A stretch of DNA of 64,000 nucleotides from Epithemia pelagica (lineage: Eukaryota > Protista > Bacillariophyta): positions 5,208,001 through 5,272,000 of the forward strand of contig OX337228.1 in NCBI GenBank assembly GCA_946965045.2, in the 5' to 3' direction. This document shows, piece after piece, positions 1 through 11,200 of this stretch. The notes under the pieces were generated by a model. That model saw only the letters and a program-made list of their open reading frames with translations, searched no databases and was not told the DNA's origin. The translations under genes were made by a program, and so were the position numbers. Positions within the stretch are counted from its first letter, which is position 1, and every line of letters starts with the position of its first letter.

Positions 1-1093
1 CGGCTGCAAATAATTTTCCAAACACAAAGTGCTGAACAACCTGTCTTTTTTTGAGGACTTCTCCTTCGTACAGCTTCAGTAAACCAGAAGCAACCTTTTG
101 CCATGTAGGCAAGTTACTAATGTCATTGAGCATGGGAGAAGACTCAAAAAAGGGTACGCCTTTCTTGAGCGACTTGATATATCGAATGCATCCATGATAC
201 AGGTACTTGTCCCCCAGACTGTTTAACACGCGTTCATCGTGAATAGAACTGGGGCTTTCGCTGTTGCCACTACGTTCGTCCGCTTGAAGCTGACATGCCC
301 CGAGATAGAAAGGGAGGCAGTGATAGTCATCAAGACCCCATACTCCATGACTCCCCGCTGGTTCAAGCACGTATTCTGTTTGAAGCTGTCGTGTGACTTT
401 CAAGTAGGCTTGAAAGATGGCAATTGTTATAGCTTTAAGCCGTTCCATTGAAGGAGGTTGATCTTGGCTAGATCCAAAGCATCCAAGCTTACAAAGAGCA
501 AAAAGGAAGACTTGAAAAGAACATTCGTGGCCAGTTCCGTAATCCAGTCGAACTGGGTGTCCAAATGCATGGGAGAGATACGAACCAAGCTCTGCTATGG
601 TGGTCTTTTCTTCATCGGACGCATCGATGGAATCAATTGTGAATAAATCTTTCGATGCTTCCCGACCTTTCAATGCGGACTGTTCTAAGACAGAATTATC
701 ATAATCGTCTATCCGTGGATACTGTTGATGAATCTTGAGAATCGTGAAAACAATGCTTGGACAACGGACGGTAAGACGATCATGCCATTCACGAAAGACA
801 GGATTTCCAAAACGCGCCTTTGAACGGTCTGACGGAGGCAAGTCTTCGATCCACGTCAACATTTCTTCTAATGATCCATGCAACGCTGCCATTGCCGGAG
901 ATAATCCCACCAGTGGATCATTCGGATTGTACTGAAAGGCAACGTCGGTTGAAGCGCATGATTTTCCCATTGCTCCTACCAAGCGCAATAGACTGGCCTT
1001 GGCTGGAGACTCCAGAAATTTGTTCATGTCATCATCATTGAAGATGAAGCGCTTTGGGGTTGGTATAGATGAAGGATCGGTTGAGGATGACAT
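1..1093 (-). CDS. PTPA: PP2A phosphatase activator (PTPA/RRD family); 3' end runs off the window
   Basis: Absent from the ORF track because there is no stop in the window. Manual minus-strand translation from ATG 1093 gives MSSSTDPSSIPTPKRFIFNDDDMNKFLES...LPPSDRSKARFGNPVFREWH...AFGHPVRLDYGTGHE...PAGSHGVWGLDDYHCLPFYLG. These are hallmark PTPA motifs. Confidence 0.95.
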   Translation of the reverse strand, partial: MSSSTDPSSIPTPKRFIFNDDDMNKFLESPAKASLLRLVGAMGKSCASTDVAFQYNPNDPLVGLSPAMAALHGSLEEMLTWIEDLPPSDRSKARFGNPVFREWHDRLTVRCPSIVFTILKIHQQYPRIDDYDNSVLEQSALKGREASKDLFTIDSIDASDEEKTTIAELGSYLSHAFGHPVRLDYGTGHECSFQVFLFALCKLGCFGSSQDQPPSMERLKAITIAIFQAYLKVTRQLQTEYVLEPAGSHGVWGLDDYHCLPFYLGACQLQADERSGNSESPSSIHDERVLNSLGDKYLYHGCIRYIKSLKKGVPFFESSPMLNDISNLPTWQKVASGLLKLYEGEVLKKRQVVQHFVFGKLFAA

Positions 1094-1259
1094 TGTCAGA
1101 GTCAGATGCTGGGATTCTGTTTTTGACAGAGAATAATGAAGACGCGAACCATTTGGGGCGACTCAAGAGCTACTAATGCGCTTTTCGAAACGCGCGCCAA
1201 AAGCAAGAGAGCATTTTACGTCACACCGCCATATTTTCAGTAGACGACTTGTTGCAACC

Positions 1260-1814
1260 ATGTTCTCTCGTTGGGGTGAACGCAGTGGACTCTTTGGCAT
1301 TCTAGCTCCAAGAGCTAAAGCGAAACCTGCACCAGCTTCGGATGAGCAAGAAGCTCCACTAGAGGAAAGCACAGGTACTTTGGGTAGCGAATTAAAATCA
1401 TCGCAAGGTGAAGACTCGATAGCAGACTCCACAAGGACCACAGAAGACAACAATGACGAGATTTTATCGTCGACAAGGGAAAAAGTACCTCAGGAAAAGC
1501 AAAAGAGTGCAGATGAGTTGATTCTTGAGGGGCAGAAATCTCGTGAAGTTCAGGCTCTTGCTCGAGATGATTTCTGCAAGAACCAACGTGCGCGCTACCT
1601 CCATAAAGCATCACAAACTTGGTTTGATAATGCCCATATTGTCGGTGTTCACCATGACGACGGTGTTGACCAACCGTATTATACTATCATGTACCATCCG
1701 AGACCTGAGGAAGAACCTGTGGAGAAGCAAACAACAAGAGATCGACTTGCTCATGTACCTTGGGACGAACAAAAGACACTGGAAATTCTTTCGTCTCGTA
1801 GGGCAAAACGATAA
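1260..1814 (+). CDS. Hypothetical protein with a small C-terminal beta-rich domain (IVGVHHDD...YYTI...EKQT..RL)
   Basis: Within ORF 1176..1814; ATG 1260 is the more plausible start. Acidic, disordered N-terminal half and a compact C-terminal motif. Confidence 0.65.
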   Translation: MFSRWGERSGLFGILAPRAKAKPAPASDEQEAPLEESTGTLGSELKSSQGEDSIADSTRTTEDNNDEILSSTREKVPQEKQKSADELILEGQKSREVQALARDDFCKNQRARYLHKASQTWFDNAHIVGVHHDDGVDQPYYTIMYHPRPEEEPVEKQTTRDRLAHVPWDEQKTLEILSSRRAKR

Positions 1815-1988
1815 ACTCCCATGTGAGGCGACACATCTCGCAAGTGAGATGCAGGGACGGTAGTCGCTGGGTTTTCTTAGCTAACTTAGACCACTCTGGT
1901 TCGACCAAAGTCAATAATGTTTCCCTAGTGCTCGACTATTTCACACCGGATTACTCCTAGAGAAAAGAGTGCGACATCACTCGGCTTA

Positions 1989-3036
1989 TCACTCGGCTTT
2001 GCCCAGTTGGGCCGCCATCACGGCCATCACCGTCCACATTCGGTTCTCAGCCTCGGGGAAAACAAGCGATTGTTCGCTGTAGAACACTTCATCTGACACC
2101 TCCTCAGGGTGACGGGGAAGACAGTGCAAGAACACAGCTCCATCGTTGGCCTGCGCCATCAGAGACGAGTTGACTTGATATCCCTCAAAATCAGCCACGC
2201 GTTTCTTGTATTCTTCTTCCTGGCCCATGCTTACCCAGGTATCAGTTACAACGACATCGGCACCCTTCACTGCGTCTGCGGCCACAGTAGTCGTCATAAT
2301 TTTGGAACCACTACCGGATGCGATTGTTTTTGTGGTCTCTAACACTTTGGCAATCGGTTCATAGCCTACAGGAGTTGCAATGTTGACATTCATGCCCAAA
2401 ATGGCACATCCCAACATGAGGTCATGCAAAACGTTGTTTCCGTCGCCAACCCACGCCAGCGTTCTCCCCGACAAATCTGCTCCAAATTTTTCTTGCAAAG
2501 TCATCAAGTCAGCCAACGTCTGAAGAGGATGATGCATGTCTGAGAGAGCGTTGATCACCGGAGCAGTGCTGTACTTTGCAAGTTCCACAACTGAGTCATG
2601 GCCGTACACACGTGCCAATATGATATCATTATAACGTGCCAATACATTTGCAGTATCGCGCATACTCTCATTGACGCCAAGTTGGATATCACTTGGTCCG
2701 AGAAAAAGGGCATGTCCACCCAACAAGGCCATCCCTGTCTCGGTCGAAACACGCGTACGCGTCGATCGCTTTTGGAAAATCATGGACATGGACATGCCAG
2801 TCAGAGGACGGGGAAGCGAAGAGGCGTTTGTTTTGTCACTGTACACTTTCTTGAAGTTTCGCGACAAATCTAAAAGCCCTTCCAACTCGGCCTTGCTGTA
2901 GCGGATGGTATTGACGTGAAGATTGGTTAGACCAAGGCCACAGATTCGACGGATGATCTCCAACGCCCGGCAGTACTTACGAGAGTTGGTCGATGGACAT
3001 GAAGTCCTTGCCCTTTAACGAAGCCACAGCACTCAT
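1989..3036 (-). CDS. OTC: Ornithine carbamoyltransferase
   Basis: Motifs STRT, HPLQ and FLHCLP. GT-AG intron 2896-2980 joins MSAVASLKGKDFMSIDQLS to KAELEGLLDLS. Further 5' exons are possible (see findings). Confidence 0.95.
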
Positions 3037-3619
3037 TCTACCAGGAAGAAATGGAACGGTTTTAATAAGGATCTTTTTCAATGTGTCGTCTTTATGGAGC
3101 TTCTCTTACTGTCGAAGCGCTGCAACTGCAACAAAAGACAAAAAGATACGACAATGATGAGATGTGTCGAAGTACGTTTGTGTGCGGACCGCGGACGTTC
3201 ACATACAACTCAGCGACCCCAGCAACACATAATCAAAAGAAAGTATAAAGATCCGAGAAAATTCCGTGGTGATTCACGCTCAAGTTTTACTAGCTGAAGA
3301 ATGGAAGGAGATTCTCCATCCAGTTGACCGCGGGACTAGGTAATCCCGAAAACAATGCGCGCCTGCCCATTGCCCATGAGACAACAAGACCAAGACAATG
3401 GTCGCGAATGCGGAACGAGCAATGGCGCAATCCCAATCTTCTTTTCAGAGATAAGCTTTGCTTGCCTATATTTCGTATTGCAAATCTCAGAAGCAACAAG
3501 CTTGTCATTCAGTGTAAGGAAAAACATCGTCATCGGCGTACCCGAATCAGTTCTTGATCTGCCAGGAATCGGACAAGAAGCAAGCAATTATCCGAGCGGG
3601 CACTAACGAACGAGCAACA

Positions 3620-3907
3620 ATGGGGAACGACGCAAGTACGATGGTGGCTGTCGCCAGTGCAAAGTCCAAAATGAACAGCACCTTGGACAGCATAAATAAA
3701 AGTTTGGATGGGACGGCCCAGAAGGAGGAAACACACTTGGCTGGCTGTGCCACAAAAAGAGAATCGGACCAACGCAGAAAAGATCGAGAGCGCGAATACG
3801 AGCTGAAGAAACAGGAAAGAGCCGCACGGAAAAAGGCTCTGTCAAGTCAGTGGGAGTCGAATCGAAAGCTGAATGCAGACAAGCCGGCCAAGAAATCGCT
3901 GTGGTGA
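3620..3907 (+). CDS. Small charged coiled-coil protein with an N-terminal Met-Gly
   Basis: Within ORF 3554..3907; ATG 3620 gives MGNDASTMVAVASAKSK... followed by an E/K/R-rich helix. Confidence 0.6.
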   Translation: MGNDASTMVAVASAKSKMNSTLDSINKSLDGTAQKEETHLAGCATKRESDQRRKDREREYELKKQERAARKKALSSQWESNRKLNADKPAKKSLW

Positions 3908-4043
3908 TACTACTGGTATTAATCAGATGATACACCTATTGATTTTTGTATAACTCCCCCACTATTAAACAGACTCAATGTTAGACCGTATTCTTGATTG
4001 ACTGGACTAGTTATCAGCTCACTAAATAAGGGGAGGCTTCAAG

Positions 4044-7000
4044 CTAGAAGTGAGAAGCATGGACTTCGAGGTCTTGGAGTTCTTCGACATGAGTTTTGCC
4101 CATTGTGTCTGGAAAGGAAGACTGATTGGTCAAGGCCATGACGTCTCCGTGTCCAACCGTTGTATATCGCAACTCGCATGTAAGCTGTGCAGTGCTTCCT
4201 TCCATTCTTCCCGGAGCCGCCGACAGAACGCACCAGGTGGAACCAGTCATTGATGAGGGGAGTACAGCTATCGGAACTTGCAACAATGGTTGAATCGCCT
4301 CTTCGGATGACTCCGCTACTACAAAGGCAATGTCCGTCAGTGTCCTACCGTTCTTCTCCGACAATCCTGCTTGATTGGTGACGCGAGCTTGAATGACCAA
4401 ATGGCGAGGGAAGAAATGCTTGACAATCCAAACTTCAGGCATGTTGTTGCTACCACCACTTGACCCTCCCGATGTCCGCGCACGGAATGGCTTGGTCGAG
4501 TGCAGGGGATCTCCTAGATTTAAGCTCTGGATTTGCGGTACAACATGCAAATTTGCCTGTGCTTTCAATTGAGCCGACGTCAATTGCTCCTTGAGACGCA
4601 GATATCTCGCGCGAAGTAGTGCTGATGTTACTGTGAGTCGGCGTACTTGGGATTCGCTGTCAACCAAGGCGGGGATGAGAAAAGGACGAGCGACAGCCGA
4701 TACAGGAGTATCTGGCGGCAATAATTGGAGAGCTGCTGCGCGATCAATGGAGGCTCGTCGTAACGCCAACAGTTGAATGGCAGCAGCACATCCCTTCTCA
4801 GTATCTTCGGACTCCAGCGCCACTCGCATCAATGGTAGATAGGCATTGTTGTCTTCGAGAGATGCAGTTGGATCATCTTCTGTTTTTCCATCATCTCCCA
4901 GAGAACCAGGAACCACAACCTGGTTCGAACGTTGGCGCTTTTCCAGAGCTGCTTGCTGTCTTTGATGTCGATCGTCACAGTACTCCAGAGCCAAGTCGAG
5001 ACTCTTCAAGTCGTTGTAAAGAATTCTCAGGGCCTCTTCATGTTTTCCCAGCCTTCCAAGAATCAGTGCCTTTTCGGGGAGAAAGGATGGTGGTAAAGAT
5101 TCTAGGATACGATCTGGCCGGACTCGGCTCAGAGGCCAACGCAGAAGGTGCCGAAGCTTGGCGCGACAAGTTCGACCAGCTTCCGTCTCCTCTTCACCGG
5201 AAGGTGCTACATCATCACTTCGTTCTGAAATGATACCTTCCAACAACAACAACGCTAGTTCATCATGAAAATTTGCAACAGCGGCTTCAGGACTGTCCTC
5301 TTGTGATGAAGGGGGATGATGAAATACCATGGAATTTTCTTCTGGTTCGATATCATCCGGTCGACCTGTCGAAATCCCCGTGGCAGATTCCAGGAATGTT
5401 ATCGCCAAAGCCCGTCCTGATTCCAACGGCAGTGAACTATGGTTTTTCCCGTACGTTTCCGAGTGAACAGGATTGTTGCTGTCGTAAGGAACCTTCGGAC
5501 GAATGGATTTCAAAAGATTCACTACACGATATACGTAGTCCGTCGACCGAAAAGGATCATCTCGTGGAGACGTGCTCCGCCACTGTGTTTCATTCTGTGG
5601 ATGTTGTGAAGTGAAGACAGAGAGACCAAGCCGTGGGTTACTTTCGAGCAAAGAATGAGTTGCCGGTGATCGTAGAACTAGTTCCCGTGCATCTTCTTGT
5701 CCACAATACCAAAGTTCACTCAAATGAGTGGCCATGTACGACTCGTACTTGATTCTTGACCACTGGCCTCCTCGACCACCAGGGCCAGCGTCCGAAGAAG
5801 GGTTCTGCTGAAGCCTTTCCGTTGCCACTTCCATGGCACTCTCATGTTGACCGCAACTTCGTAACAACCAGATCGACGCTTCAATGTAGTCCGTCGAAAC
5901 TTGTAAGGGTCGATGAATACGTGGTATAGCAGGAGCCTTGGGAGTGGACGCATAAGTGCGAACCAAAGAGAACGCTTGAGACGCTTCGCGCAAAAGTTGG
6001 TCCGTTACTTGTTGCCCTACCAGCACGGCTGATTCATCTACCTGACTCGCCAAGACGACACCCATCTCTGAGGCACAGGCCTTGGCCGCTCGACTCGCCA
6101 AGGCGGCGGCAGGTGGTGACAGCTGACTCGCCACCAAACACAGGAGTGCAGTGCTTGTCAACAAGGCCGATGATTGTGCGGCCGTTAGAACACTCGAAAA
6201 CATGCGCGTTCCGCCCTTCTCGGTATTTGTGCTACCATCTTCGGCGGACCATTTGCCTTGGAAGCCACCGCCCTCACCGCCGGCTGCAGCCAAAGTATTG
6301 GCAGAGGAAGAGACCATGGCGTATGATTCATGAGATGGCCATCCCGACGAAGCCCCGCTTTCCCAATCGCATAACCCTAGAACAGCTTCCAAGTATGCCT
6401 TCAGTAGAACACGTGCTTGTGCAGTAGCTTCCGGTCCCACATAAGATGTGGCAGTGAATGACGCTTGGACGGCTTTTGCTACATCGGTGCGCGGAAATCC
6501 ATTGCCACCAAAGGCATCAATAGCATGTCGTATTAATCGGTCCGCCAAATCTTGGGCTGTATCAGGGCGGCATTGCAAGACTTTTGCTTCGCCCGCGTAC
6601 GAAATGCCCACAATCCAAGGCAATGTCCAAGATGACGAAATTGTAGAAGATGATGATTGATTGGGCTGGTCATTCCACACAGAATGTATCGCATTGATGT
6701 TGCTACTCCCGGGGGCGGTAGTGGCTTGGACAGTCCGAAGCGTAAAGAAATCATTGGGCCGTGTTCCAATTTCCACTGTTCGCAAGGACACAGCGAGGCA
6801 GGAGGGTGATCTCACGGAGATGAGACCATCCGACATGAGGATGGCCACGAAGGGCCAAGAGGCTGATGCGGCCAGAATGGGAGACGCTGTGGTGACAATT
6901 CCATTCCGTGGTTTGTTGCTCCCGGACAACCGTGGTTGACTTGGAGGCCCATAGTACAAATCGACACAAGCACATTCCCTTCCATTTGCTAAAAATACAC

Positions 7001-8168
7001 ACGACCAATCTGCCTCCAAGGAAACATCCTTCAAATCCAACACTACTGCTGGATGGACTTGCGATGATTGAGTCCAATGGACTAATTTGACGCAATCCGT
7101 CTTGGAGGCATCTCCATCGCCTCCTCCCGTATTAGACCCTGCAAAGATTGCACGCGTATTGAAATGTTCATCGGCCATCTCGTCGACATCTTCGTCATCA
7201 TCTTCATCCCTATGGATTTCTTCTCCTGCCACGGCATAAAAGGCATGCCCGACGCAGCCCACAACCACACGTCCATCTGCCACGACGGCCAAGGCATCGG
7301 ATCCGCAGCGAACAGGGCCTGGCCACACACGGGGACCAAACTGAAGTTGCGGGAGATTCTTGAGCTTGTTACGGTTCAAGTTGCTGTTGCGCCGATCGGA
7401 TGGTTCGGTCAAGGGTGCCAAGGCCGACGTCGGTACGCGGAGCGTAAACACACTGCGTCCTGCCGTTGCATAAACACGTCCATACGCAGCGACAGCGGCA
7501 GATAATCGAGGCAAAGCAAGGGCCGGTATTCGGTTGCTATTGTTCAACACATGAAAGGCACCGTGTTGGAGTGATACCCAATAGGCAGCGTAGGCACCCG
7601 GCTGCGCGGCTGATGATCCTCTAGGATCATCTACCAAGATCAGAAAAAGTGGAGGAAGGGACAAATTGGCATTGTTGTGAAGATAAATACCATCTGCGTT
7701 GACCCAAATACAAGATATAACAGGTCCAGGAAGGCTAGTACTCCCCAAATCCACAGGATACAACATTCGTGGTAACGTTGTCGCTGCCGGTGTCGAAGAT
7801 CCTCGTGACGTCCCTGCAGAACTTGTTGTTCCAGATGTCCCACTCATTCCGAGTGGGGCCGAAATTCGAGTGGCGTTGGGTCCCGATGACGATGATAATG
7901 TATTGGTGGATGGTTGGTTGCTGCTCATCCGGCCGAGGCTCAGAAAGCCCGTTTTTGTGGCCGGCGACGTCGGTGAATTCGTGCGGTAGCATCGATAATG
8001 CAAGCTCCCTCGATCCGTGCCGTACACCACAGCCATGGTGGAAGATATATTGGACACATTGTTTGGCGCGGATGAAGACGACGACGACGAGGCCGTCGAC
8101 AAGGGGAAAACGCACAAACTGTGGGGACTGTAGTTGGCGTACAAATCCCAGGTTGCTTCCGTTGACAT
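4044..8168 (-). CDS. Vps39/Vam6/TGFBRAP1-like tethering protein with a C-terminal gamma-COP appendage-like domain
   Basis: Single 1385-codon ORF, likely start MSTEATWDLY at 8168. Helical-repeat motif LGRLGKHEEALRILYNDLKSLDLALEYCD is typical of Vps39-family C-termini. The last ~170 aa align by eye with the gamma-COP appendage. Confidence 0.8.
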   Translation of the reverse strand: MSTEATWDLYANYSPHSLCVFPLSTASSSSSSSAPNNVSNISSTMAVVYGTDRGSLHYRCYRTNSPTSPATKTGFLSLGRMSSNQPSTNTLSSSSGPNATRISAPLGMSGTSGTTSSAGTSRGSSTPAATTLPRMLYPVDLGSTSLPGPVISCIWVNADGIYLHNNANLSLPPLFLILVDDPRGSSAAQPGAYAAYWVSLQHGAFHVLNNSNRIPALALPRLSAAVAAYGRVYATAGRSVFTLRVPTSALAPLTEPSDRRNSNLNRNKLKNLPQLQFGPRVWPGPVRCGSDALAVVADGRVVVGCVGHAFYAVAGEEIHRDEDDDEDVDEMADEHFNTRAIFAGSNTGGGDGDASKTDCVKLVHWTQSSQVHPAVVLDLKDVSLEADWSCVFLANGRECACVDLYYGPPSQPRLSGSNKPRNGIVTTASPILAASASWPFVAILMSDGLISVRSPSCLAVSLRTVEIGTRPNDFFTLRTVQATTAPGSSNINAIHSVWNDQPNQSSSSTISSSWTLPWIVGISYAGEAKVLQCRPDTAQDLADRLIRHAIDAFGGNGFPRTDVAKAVQASFTATSYVGPEATAQARVLLKAYLEAVLGLCDWESGASSGWPSHESYAMVSSSANTLAAAGGEGGGFQGKWSAEDGSTNTEKGGTRMFSSVLTAAQSSALLTSTALLCLVASQLSPPAAALASRAAKACASEMGVVLASQVDESAVLVGQQVTDQLLREASQAFSLVRTYASTPKAPAIPRIHRPLQVSTDYIEASIWLLRSCGQHESAMEVATERLQQNPSSDAGPGGRGGQWSRIKYESYMATHLSELWYCGQEDARELVLRSPATHSLLESNPRLGLSVFTSQHPQNETQWRSTSPRDDPFRSTDYVYRVVNLLKSIRPKVPYDSNNPVHSETYGKNHSSLPLESGRALAITFLESATGISTGRPDDIEPEENSMVFHHPPSSQEDSPEAAVANFHDELALLLLEGIISERSDDVAPSGEEETEAGRTCRAKLRHLLRWPLSRVRPDRILESLPPSFLPEKALILGRLGKHEEALRILYNDLKSLDLALEYCDDRHQRQQAALEKRQRSNQVVVPGSLGDDGKTEDDPTASLEDNNAYLPLMRVALESEDTEKGCAAAIQLLALRRASIDRAAALQLLPPDTPVSAVARPFLIPALVDSESQVRRLTVTSALLRARYLRLKEQLTSAQLKAQANLHVVPQIQSLNLGDPLHSTKPFRARTSGGSSGGSNNMPEVWIVKHFFPRHLVIQARVTNQAGLSEKNGRTLTDIAFVVAESSEEAIQPLLQVPIAVLPSSMTGSTWCVLSAAPGRMEGSTAQLTCELRYTTVGHGDVMALTNQSSFPDTMGKTHVEELQDLEVHASHF

Positions 8169-8294
8169 ATTAAAAATAGACTGGAGGGAAAAGGAGAGCA
8201 ATTACCATTCAAAGAATTGATTGGAAGGGCCGAATACAAGACGAGTCGACATGAAATCTTTTTATTTTATGGTTCTATGTAGTGGTTTGTGGTG

Positions 8295-11200
8295 CTAAGC
8301 GGCCGAACCGCATAGTAAGTGGGGCGTTTCTTCTCGGGGGAAGAATGTGGCTATTGGGAATGGAGTGTACAAGGGCGGTTGTGGGGCGAATCCTTGTTGT
8401 GTTAACCTTGCCCGCTGGGTTTTCTGGTATCTGCTTTCATATTCTTGGTTGCGTAGTGCCGAAATTTGTTTGTTTAGATGTTTGGCCAAGGACGTAACTA
8501 GGGCGTGTCCGAGTGACGCCTTTGCGTAATGTCCTATCGAGTGGATGTGTGCTTCGTCGTATCGAAATCTTGGTGATCGTTTGGTGGCTTTGTTGGCGAT
8601 GTTGTTTGGAGCGTATTCGATTTCCTGGTAGAGGTCATAGGCGGCGGTGTGTTGTTTGCTTCTTGAGGGTGACCGTCCGAAGTGTGCATCTGGCCATTGT
8701 GGTGGGATGGCCGAGGAGAATTCATGTGGCAAGTCGTCCTGGTGGAAGAGAAGGCGCTGGGCGAAGGATCCAAGGGATCCGAGATGATCAACGGTAAACG
8801 GGATCAAATATACTCCGTTTGCAAGAAGGTGTTTTGCTGTGTTGTCGTCATGGCAGAATTTCGAACGGGCTGCTTCCTGGTGCGGTCTGGAGGCTGCAAG
8901 GCCAAGGGCACTGTTGTCGACCGGGACGGGAAGTGGTGTTCGAGCATGAGGGGGCGGGATGGTGACATCGATGGCCACATAGTTGAAGGGTTCGTTTTTC
9001 TGTGGTTGTTTCAACAACAATCCAACGTCGGCTGGTCTCACATTTCTTGTGTGTTGTGGGGCCAAACCGGGAGGTTCAATGTGGACGTCCTTGCAGTCCT
9101 CTACGTAGCCGGCCGTGGGTGCCAGGCGGGAGAGGAGGTCGTAGACGGTGTCCCTTACTGCATTGGAGAGGGCCGTCTTCGGAGCCATGCTGCACGAAAA
9201 AAGATGATCGCCCTGTGGGTCTAGGGTGGGACAGGAGGGGCATCGGCATTTCCCTCGGAGGTGGTCTGGGAGGACTGGAAGGCGGAGCTTGCGTCGCAGG
9301 GCGGTGAGAAACAGGTCGTTGGGGATTCGGAAGTGTTCGGCCGTGCGTGGGAGGTGAAGGGCTAGGCTTGTGAGTGGGGACAGGGCTGAAGGGAGACTGG
9401 GGAGCAGTTCTGGTGGTGTGGCAGAGAGGAGGGATGGGACGAGGTGTTCCACCAGAGTGTGGTGGGCCAGTTGGTGGTGTGTGTTCTTGTCGTACAGGTC
9501 TGTGTTCGTTAGTGGGGCCGGAGCAAGCTCGTGGGTGTAGAGTGCAAGGGAGCGACGGAAAGCCTGGAACCACGGGAGTTCACTGTGTTGCCAATCGGTG
9601 AAAGCAGCCTTGTGTGTGGGGGGTACTGGCCAGTCCTTGGAGGAGGCTAGTTTGATGGATCTCACTGTTTGTGTCAAGAGACGTGGTCGAGCGCTGGCTG
9701 CCGGGCTGTGGTAACCCAGTCCTCCAAGGCGGTTTGGAAGGGCGGCCATGATTGTGGTCATGGTTGTGATTTGGTGTGCCGGTGTGGACGTGATCTTGGC
9801 GAGGAATGCAGCAATCAAACCGTCCGCCTGGGTGGTGGTGGGACTGTCCCAAAGGGTGGTGGTTGCCGCGTTGGAAGGGTGTGCGAGGACCATGTCTGTG
9901 GGCAGCAAATGCAGGATCGACGGTACGAGCGAGTACCGGAAAAGGTGACTTTGCGTTTGTAGGTCAGTGAGCTCGGTGAGCAGGTCTACGTTTTGTTGCA
10001 TTTGGGTGAGTCTCTTTTGGATGTATTGGCGCGCAAAAGCTTGGGAGCCGACCGGTTGGCCGAGGAACCTGGTTCCCGTGGTGATTTCTGCGGCCGTTGG
10101 GTTTCCAGGGTTGAGGTGTCGGAGGGCATCGTAGAGGTGTTGTTGCGCCTGTGTTGGTAGGTATCCGTCGGTTGTGGCGGTGGTGGCGGTTGTTGTGGTT
10201 AGGATTTGTGTTTTTGCTTTGTTCAGTTGGACTCCGAGCGGTGCGCCGAGTTCTTCGAAACGGGCCAGAAACCACGGTAAGTCTTCGTGTGGCAGGCAAA
10301 TTGATGTGTCGTCCATTATGGAAGCTGTGTGTGCTTGTCCGCCTTTGCCATCGTCATGTGCGTCCCCTGCTTTCTTCCGGCGGAGAGCGCGTTGGAGTTG
10401 TTCTTTATTGATCTGTATGGTCACGGTGAGGAGGACCAGGCAGGAGAATAATGGGCTCAGTGGGCATCCTTGTGGGAAGCCTTCGTCTTGGAGGAGTTTG
10501 TCGGCCACTCCCTTGTCGTTGAAGAACCAAGAGGGTGTTTGTGTTTGCGTCAAGAGGTCGTACAGGGGAAGAAGGGGTGTCGTTTCTACGCGAGAGGCCA
10601 GTATTCGCCGTGCCTCTGTTCGTGACGTGTTGTTGAACATGTTGTGGAGGTCCAGGCACACCAAAGCTCTTGTTGGTGTTTGGGGTAGCTCAATGTATTT
10701 TGCTACTTCGTTGGTTGTTGTTTGCGCCACGAAGTCGATCCCTCCTGGGATTTGGATCCCATACTGGCCGCCGCTGAGCAAGAGCGGCGTGATTTGGTCG
10801 GTGATGTGTGTGAGGGCGATTTTGGCGGCGACGCGCCGCAAACCGGTGCCGATGCCGATGGGTCTTAGGCGATGGAGTTTGTTTGGGTCCTTGTGGAGGG
10901 CAAGGAAGTAGTTGCTCCCCAGGAGTTGGTGGACGAGAGTCGGAACTTGGGCGGTGAGGATGAGTTGGAACAGGGCTTGGAGGTTGTGTTGGTATGGCCG
11001 TGTTGCCGTGGCAGCTCTGGTGGTGCGGTGTAGCGCCATTTCGACAATGGCGTCCGTGCAGGTGGCGAAGGGGCCCGATGCCGTGCCTCGTTTCATTTGT
11101 CGCATGGCAAGGTCAAACAGGTCTGGGTCGATGTGGATGTAGTTTTCTTCTGGTGGTGGTCGGTCTGGCTGGTTGCCGCGGTTCCTTGTTGTTGTTGGCG

